From the NCBI GenBank assembly GCA_050575255.1, contig JBNZDD010013726.1:2363763-2427762 (forward strand): 64,000 nucleotides of DNA, in the 5' to 3' direction. Numbering within the stretch: the first letter of the stretch is position 1; each line of letters opens with the position of its first letter. This stretch comes from Harriotta raleighana (lineage: Eukaryota). The translations under genes were made by a program, and so were the position numbers. Of this stretch, positions 55,963 through 64,000 are shown piece after piece. The notes under the pieces are model-generated. The model was not told the origin of the DNA, searched no databases, and was given only the letters and a program-made list of their open reading frames with translations.

Positions 55963-57588
55963 AAATTAAATTGGTATAAGGGAGTAGAGACGTATAGGAT
56001 AGACTAGGATGGGTGGAAGCTTATGTTCTGCAAACCTGTTGGGCCAAATGGTCTTTGGTGAATCATTATATTTAATGTTAATATAATTATTTGTAATGTT
56101 AGTGACAATTCCTGTACATAGTGCACATTGTGCATGAAAGAAGTTATGTTAGTGGCGAGCTGACAACCTGAAAGTGGGACAAGTGGCTTTTATTTTCCGC
56201 AGACCAATAAAATCCAGTGCCTTTTTGGGGGGATCTGCAACTCATCTTTACAATGAGGTTACCCAGTAATGCCCATTCTGTCTCATCTCTTTTATTCACT
56301 ATTTTATTAATATTTTAATGATGTGCAATCTACGTTAGGAAAATTGATCTTGGAGACATAGCGGTCTACATGTTTATTTTCTTAATCTATATAACATTAA
56401 TGCTTTAATGCTGAAATGTCAAAAGTGAAATACTGCAAAACCATATTTCATTTTTAACATTTTTGCAGATGATCAATTTAATTTTTCAAATTAAAGAAAG
56501 GCAATCAATAACCATTCCCATACACAAATCTTTCAAATGTTCTGTGCTCCGACATCCACTTGTTTTTAATATAAGTTAATCAGTTGGCATTTATTAGCTT
56601 ATCATCCATTACAGCAATTATATTCCTCTTTACAACCAGTAAAAGGAATTCTGTTAGCACTTCTAATTTAGCTTTGTGGTACACAAGATTCAAAGTTTGC
56701 TCAACATGTACACTGACTGCATTTATAAAGAAACTATTTTAAAGAATAAAGAACTTTGCAGATTTGAGCATTATCATAATATTTGCATTCAATATATTTC
56801 CTTTCACATCCAGAGAACTTCACAAAGTGCTTCAACAACAACAAAATTACACTTGTATATAGTGCCATTCACATCAGGAGGATGCCCCAAGGCCCTTGCT
56901 TCTGTAAAGCCTTGTAAGTAAGCTTGGCAGCCAATTCGCATACAGCAGTGTTCCATAAATAGACGTGAACTGAATGACTATTTTCATCCCGAGAATTATT
57001 GACTGGGACACACAACAATAACAAAATTACACGTGTATAGAACCTTTCATGTCAGGTGGACCACTATAACACAAATGGACTTATTGTGCTGTGTGCGAAT
57101 CTTTACTGGTGACAACTCTCCCTCTCATTCTTATTGACATGGTACGAGGAAGATTCCTGCCTATCAAAATGTTAAAATGCAAGGGTGAGAAGTTTGACAT
57201 TTTTCATCCAGTTTTACAAAATAGTCACTCGAACAAAGAATAGCCACTCACATTTGTTCTTCCAATATTCATCTCCCTTTCCTGAAGGTTACAGCTTTTA
57301 CTTGGGCTTAGCTATTCATGCACTGACACTCTTCTGGTACCTCATCCCTAATGCTCATAGTTAATAAATATTGGTGCCACATTCAAATCCTGGTATTTTT
57401 GAGGAGGAGTGGAGGATTTTGCAGCTGAAATAAGTAGAGCACTCCACAAAAACAACTAATTCCTCTTGATAACGTCCAGAAAAATACAAACATAGATGGC
57501 TTATTCACAGATATTGAAACAAGGCATTGTAAGTGACTGAAATTCCTATTTAGTAATCGGGGAGAAAGGTTGAAAAAGGCGAACATCT

Positions 57589-57607
57589 TGCACACTAGGG
57601 GGCAGCA
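57589..57607 (+). promoter_or_regulatory. CTCF-like motif
   Basis: cactagggggcagca matches the CTCF core and lies outside any recognised repeat; motif match only. Confidence 0.4.
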
Positions 57608-57859
57608 ATTAATTGATTAATTAACCAATAGATTTACCTCAAATGTAGATCAAACAACGGTTTAATTTTATCACAGTGTATGCATATTCTGTTAGGTCTT
57701 TCATCCAAATGTAATTCCTGTATGTTTTTTGGTTTGCAGATATAAATTACACGGATGGGTCAAGTTGACTGATTGTTAAAACGCACTACCACAGTGTCTT
57801 GCCAGAGATATCACATTAACATGATATGAGACTGCTCATATCATGTTATTATTTTCTCT

Positions 57860-58325
57860 TGAAGGATGAAAAGGTTCAAGAACATTTGAAGGATTTTTCT
57901 ATCTTTAGATGGAAGATTTTAAGTATGGACAAGCAGGATCTAATTTCTCTTATACTCTCAGATGTCCTAGTCCTTTGAGTCTTGACTTCTTCCACCAATA
58001 AGCTTGTTTAATATGATAATATCTTTCCCTTTGGGTACGCATTTTTTTCAGTGTTAACCTTCTTACTGATTGGCAAGTCAGGAACAAGAGGACAAAAAAT
58101 TGAGCAACATTGCTAGGGGAAAACTAGGAGAAGTTAACACTTACACAAGAAGAGGGTTGTTGAAATATAAATACTTTACTTTAAAGGAAATTCAACTAAA
58201 TGCAGAGCAATAGAGTAGCTCAATGGGTTTAGGGTAAATAGTTGAAATGGAGGAGCTAAAATCTTCACAGAAACAATGGACTAAATGACCTCCTTCCATG
58301 CTGTAAATATTCCATGATTCTATAA
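57860..58325 (+). mobile_element. Degenerate CR1-clade LINE 3' part
   Basis: ggaacaagaggaca, agagggttgttgaa, and terminal tggactaaatgacctccttccatgctgtaaatattccatgattcta. Confidence 0.7.
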
Positions 58326-59887
58326 GTGTGACTATGATGAGAGGGATTTGGCCAACTGTTTAGATCCAGGGCGTATTTCTTGGTTCTCATTGTTCACTGG
58401 AAAAACTAAAAACTTAGCCTTACATTCATTAAATTCCCTGATAGTTCTCTATAATCCTTTCAAAGACTTATCACAAAACAAATGAACAGAACCTGTATTG
58501 AGAAGTGGAATATTGCACAACAAAACTTCTTGAATATTTAATTGAGATTTTGTTTCCGTTCACACCTGAGACTGTCACCTATTGTGTCTATACTTACTTT
58601 GCTTCTAATCACTTTCTGGCAGTTGAGCTGTTTTCCTGTGTGCCCCGGTAAGACTTGAGTGCAATATGACAATCATTATTACCCCTGTGAGTTTGTCTGT
58701 TGTGCGTAAATGCAAGCTGTCTGTACAAAATGAAACATTGGAAGTCTGATTAAAGAACCGGTGAGGCTTTAACTATCTGCATATCCTTTGTTGCTTTAAT
58801 AAAAGGTGTATCTTCTGCAGCAGAAGCTGCTTATGGTGATCAGCTTTGGCTACTGTTGGATCAAGTTCAATAAATCTAAAAGCAGGTTTTGTTAGATACC
58901 ACTAATCTCAGAATAAGCCACATTGTTGTAATATAGCACAACTACCATAAAGTGAAACGACTGTAAGCAGTGTTGAATAATTGTAATATAGAGTAGAATA
59001 TATTATTCATATTAATATTCATTAAATTGAATTTTAGGGGAAATGCAATTGCTGAAGCAGGAGGTGCTCTTTGGAATTTGACTGTATTCAACTGTTGTGT
59101 TTATTCAAACTATATCTAAGACTCTGGTACACATGAAAGTTTAATGCCTATTTAATTTCTGATAATATGAATTATATAATATCCCATTTTGTTTGGTTAT
59201 CTTTGGGTAGGTATCATGGAGGAATTTCAGATTTCCTTCCTGGGAAGTTTTATCTGTATTTATTACAGGGATCAGCCTAATAATGATATACCATAGACTT
59301 CAAAAGGTGAGTTTGGGCTTAATCAAGTTCTCAGGATACAGTTTTGCAGATAATTAACTAATTGAGAAATATCAGGTTGCTACAGCCAGGGGTGTTTTTG
59401 GAGGTTGATAGTATTCAACAGTACTGTACATTCAAACTATTATATTTATAAGATATTGGTATACAGTACATCAAAGTTCAATGCCCATGTAGCAGAAATA
59501 TTGATATTAGTGCCCCCTCTTTGCAAGTTGAAATTATATTCTGAACATGTTTAACGGTTGTTCAAAAGAGCCTCACCTGGGGGAAATGTAGTAAATCCGT
59601 TTACAGTTTTATCACGATGATGCTCTATTCTGCTGATGCTTTCAGAAGCATTCTCTGCTTGATGTTGACACAAGTGAACAGAATGAGATGTCATCAGTCA
59701 CCAACCACATGTAACGCCAATGGTCGTGTTGTTGGAATACATCATAGGACTAGGTAATTATTTGGTCTCTAATTTAATTATCTTTTAATCTGTTTAGTTT
59801 CACAATTTGTTTTCAAACAAGGGCATATTGGTGCCAGGTTTATTAACATCTGGTAGGTGTACTGTAATCCTCTTCATTGCCAGCCTA

Positions 59888-60022
59888 GGCAATTGGCTGC
59901 TGTGTTTCACCTACAAGAAAAGATACAGACAATTTACTTTACGGTTTATTCTGTGAACTGCTTTGAGACATCTTGAAGACATGATAAGGCACTATATCAT
60001 ATGCAAGGATTTTTATTATTAT
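59888..60022 (+). mobile_element. Deu-SINE 3' half
   Basis: gcaattggctgctgtgtttc...ctttgagacatc...atgcaaggatttttattatt. Confidence 0.8.
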
Positions 60023-61409
60023 CATGGTATAGGAGGATGAGCTTTGACCTGCACCTGACCTGTCCCATGTCAGAGTGGGGAATGTTGTCAGTGGCAGCAA
60101 AATTGAAAGTGAATGTTTCATTTCCCTGATGCTATTGCCTCTCACTCTGATGAGCAAGGATGCACCAAATAAAGAATGGATTGGAGTGAATAGCAACTGT
60201 TAATTGTGAGTGCTGAAAAGTGATGAGGTCTTGTAAATTTAATCGGTGCTACTGCAAGCTGGCTTCCCAAAGGGAGCATTGGTTTTCTGTAATCTACACA
60301 GCTGTTTCTGTGCTCTGTGTATCAATGGATCTTTGCAGGATTGATGGGCAGGAAGGGTCGCTATATTAAATTAATGACTTGGGTGGAAGATCAGAGGCAG
60401 AAAAATCCATTTCCAGTTGTGGCCTCAATAACTGGTGACTGAGCATAACAAATGAGGTGTTTTCCATGTTTATTGCTCTTATTGAAGGGACTGTAATAGA
60501 TAGGAAATATGAAACACATTAATAAAACTAATATTACTGTCTGGACAGTGAAAGGACGCAGAGACCTCCAGCTTTCCCCCTACAATGGTGGCTCCAGCTA
60601 ATATCTCATGATTCAATTGGAGCTTTCCTGGAGGTTTTCTACCTCTGTGGTCATTGTTGTGGCATTGCTCCATGCGTAATTAGGTTAAGAAGTGCCTTTT
60701 ACTGCACTCAATTTAAAAATAGCGAGTGCGGTGGTTTTACATAGAGTATCACACTACTGTATTTGTGTGCCTCCCTTTCACTGTTAATCTCTCTGATATT
60801 CCTTTATACCACAGTACATAGAGTATGTGTATTATGTACATATATACTGTACTTCTTTTAGTACTTAATCCCTAATACACTACCAGTTTTAGCTCGGTGA
60901 GTGAATTATCCTTTCCATGCTCTTGTGTTCTTGTCAATAGATCTGTTAGGACATGCCAGAACGGAAAGGGATAGGTGGGACTGATTTTTCCCTGCCAACA
61001 CTCACATGAAACTAGACTCAAACTATAGTTGAATTGAAAGTTCTATTACCCTTTGACACAGTAAATTAACTTGAATTTGGGTATTGAAGCACATAAATAC
61101 AATCTCAAATTTATATCACAATTCTGGATTCAGTTTATCTTTTACTAATGTTGGTTGAAGCGGTTCACAGTGGACGTGACGCTACTGTGTTAAAGATTGG
61201 TGAAAAAGTGAGCAACCATCAGATTCTAAGATACACTCATTGGACAGAGCAGGGAACTGATGTCACAGATGAAGTGGTATATATATATATGCGTCATCAT
61301 GATATTTCAAGTCAGAACTGCATCTCATGTAGCAACCTAAGCTTTTGGCTGAGTCTGTTATTTTCACCAGGCAGCAGTCGTGTAATTGTTACATGTGATA
61401 CTTTAGTGT

Positions 61410-61510
61410 AATAAGAACATAAGAATTTGTTAGGAGAAAGAAGACCAAGGTCTGTCAAATTTGTCTTCCACCATCCTGGCATACACGAGCCATTTTTCCC
61501 CGAACTATAC
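61410..61510 (-). mobile_element. CR1 3'-end fragment
   Basis: taagaacataagaa is the reverse complement of the (TTCTTATG)n CR1-type terminus. Confidence 0.55.
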
Positions 61511-64000
61511 ATCGTATTTTGTGTCACCTCTTCAACAACAACAAAATTACACTGGTATAGTGCCTTTCACGTCAGGAGGGCTTCCCAGTCATAGTTTCAG
61601 ACCCGAGCTGGGGACAAGGAGGGTGGAAGGAAAGGGGGGATTCATCCAAGTGCACATCTGTGCTGCACAGCTTAAATTTATCCAATCCTTAGGCAGAATG
61701 CCTCTGCCATGGAGTTCCACCTATTATTTCGCATTTAGTAAGCTATTGATCTCATCCACACTGACTGAGTTTAGAGTTGTGTATGTCAGACTGCTGAGGT
61801 CGATGCCCCAATGTGGCAGTGATCATAAGCTTGAAGTGATAACTCATCTCCGTTTTCATCACCAGAGGATGTTGAGTGACCAGGAGCAAAGTTTACTAGC
61901 TCCCAAGTGATACAATTGTGTGGTTTTGACACCAAAACAATACGCTGTAAGATTCCACAATATAGACTGTTTAAAACGAACCTTTTGTGTTGGTTTTGCA
62001 TCTGGTTTACATTTTAGAAACTTTCCAAAACAGCTGCCTGAATGGTAGACCGGTCCAAAACTAAAATTCCAAGGCACTGAGATCGTCAGAAAGTGGGAGT
62101 GATAATCAGTGCTATGGGGCGATGAAACTAATCTATGGGATAAAGATCTAGGACATTGAAATGGTTAATCGTCGTGAGCAAAGATAATTGCACTTCATTT
62201 CTGAGGGAATGTCTGCCTTTTCTGTTTATCGTTTGCACCAATAACTGGGAGCTGAAGAACTAGCTTTTAATTATTGAAGTGTTTGCATTTAGATAGGAGT
62301 TGACATAATTGGCACAATGTTAGCTGCACTGACCTTTCCAGCTAACGGAAGCCTTGTATGTGGTTGACCTCAGGAGGTGAGAGTGTTAGAATGATTAGCC
62401 ACGGTGAGGAGAATTGAGTTGCTTCGGGACAGGATTAATGGAAGGTTAACCAGCAGTAGGCCCGTGCTCCGTCGAGTCAAATGATGGGACCAGTGATGGC
62501 TGTGGATGCTGTCTTAGCAGCTGTACGCACCAACATATCACTGCTGCACATCCTCCGAGTTCTGTGCATCACCAGATTTTGTTGACGCCATTTTTGACCG
62601 GGCATTTTTTAATTGAATGTACTTTCTCTTCGATTCCAAGACCTTATTCCCATGGCCTTAAGCGTCGTATTTTCTAATGAGCTTCCGATCCCATGGCCTC
62701 GAGGGTGCCCCAGCATTCAGCACCATGCAACTCCTGAGGAATACACACTGATCCCACAAGCTGGAAGAGCCACACCAAGGCTTGTGGGATCAGCACTCAT
62801 TGCTCAGGAACTACACAATGCTGCGTGCCAGTGGACCAGTAAGTTCATGGGTACTTCACTAGATGGCCTTGAGTGATTTTTTCCTGACTGTCCATTGCTT
62901 CTTGTGGGAGATTGGAATAAGTCAAACCCAGAACTTCAAAGGTGGTGCAAATCTCTTTGAAAATCTCTGATTGTATTCCGTGGTTTGGCAATGACATGGC
63001 ATCGGAGTGGAATCAACCATTGCTTGTGAGTGGCTTGCCATGTCCTATATTCTTGAATTGTGTGGATCAGTATCAATGGGAAACTTCAGACCACTGGACA
63101 ATCACCTCCTGTGTCAATAGGGCAGCCTTTGAAATTCTATGGTGGATGCTGACTCCGAGACACAGGATGTCTGCCAAGTTGGAGTGATTGGTCTACCTTG
63201 CACTACGTGTGTTTGTGCCCAAGTAGCATATTGCTGACCATAAAGCCTGGGACTGAGTCTGTGCAATGGTTGACAGAGGGGTCACAACATTCTGCAACAT
63301 TCTGCATTTTCATGCCATGCATGTGGTGCAGAGAATATTGTAAGGGCGAGAGTGAAATATGATACGTTTCCATTCTGTGCAGCATTAATAATTCCCCTGA
63401 GGCATCAGTAAATTTATTAAGCCAGACCACTAATGAAAATCCTTCCGGTTTTAACCTCTTGTCATTCTCCAACATATATATATATATACTGTATATGTAA
63501 TGTTCATGTATGCTAATGGTTTTTTTTGCTTCGTAATAGAGATAAGCAGAATGTTTCAACATGATTTTAAATGTGCACTTTGTTCCTGTGGAAACTAAGT
63601 TCAGTTTGTCACTAAAACTGACTTCTGTTAGGGATTGACCTTTCACTACGCCTGATTGATCTTAGAATTGACATATCCAGGATATTGGCTGTGATGGTGA
63701 TACAATATTGGATGCATTTCACAAGTGTAGCTACTTAGCAAATGCTTCATTCACTTGTCTTAGATCATGCTCAACTCTCCAGCCATCAAAGTCTGTTCAT
63801 TGCTAGATTGCAGAGTAGCTTCTTGGAGGAAGAAAAGCTTTATTTAGCCCACTGGGAACAAGGTTGAGATGGCTGCAATCCCTTTTTCTATTGATGGGTG
63901 TCTGACATGCGTGGAAACCCATTACCAGAAAAGAGGATCAAAAAATAAGATACAGTGAACAATGGGGAAATAATACATCTCATTTGACACGATAAAAAAA

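Noticed and set aside
63060-63130. Possible decayed reverse-transcriptase motif (ING.TS....ITS.V.QG)
   Set aside because: It needs several frameshifts, and the flanking RT motifs are not at the expected spacing.

Overview
Eukaryotic, AT-rich vertebrate DNA. The repeat content (tRNA/Deu-domain SINEs, L2 and CR1 LINE relics) suggests a cartilaginous fish such as a chimaera; this is inference only. Two genes lie tail-to-tail in the first 17 kb. One is the last coding exon of a divergent SLC35D3-like nucleotide-sugar transporter (+, 532-1043). The other is a complete ecdysoneless gene (ECD, minus strand) that I reconstructed by hand: 13 coding exons from 17011 to 2927, all introns GT-AG and phase-consistent, 1869 nt, 622 aa. 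The remaining ~46 kb has no coding exon I can recognise and consists of SINE/LINE relics and unique non-coding DNA. The most notable observations are: a MITE nested inside another MITE; a chain of TGATG stop-start uORFs leading into the ECD start codon; a conserved 3' stem-loop shared by SINE, LINE and many ultra-short tail insertions; a long foldback element with a hammerhead-like remnant; LF-SINE-like relics; and duplications beside single N bases that look like assembly artefacts. I found no convincing wholly new biological system. Repeat family names come from recalled consensus motifs, not database searches, and repeat boundaries are approximate.
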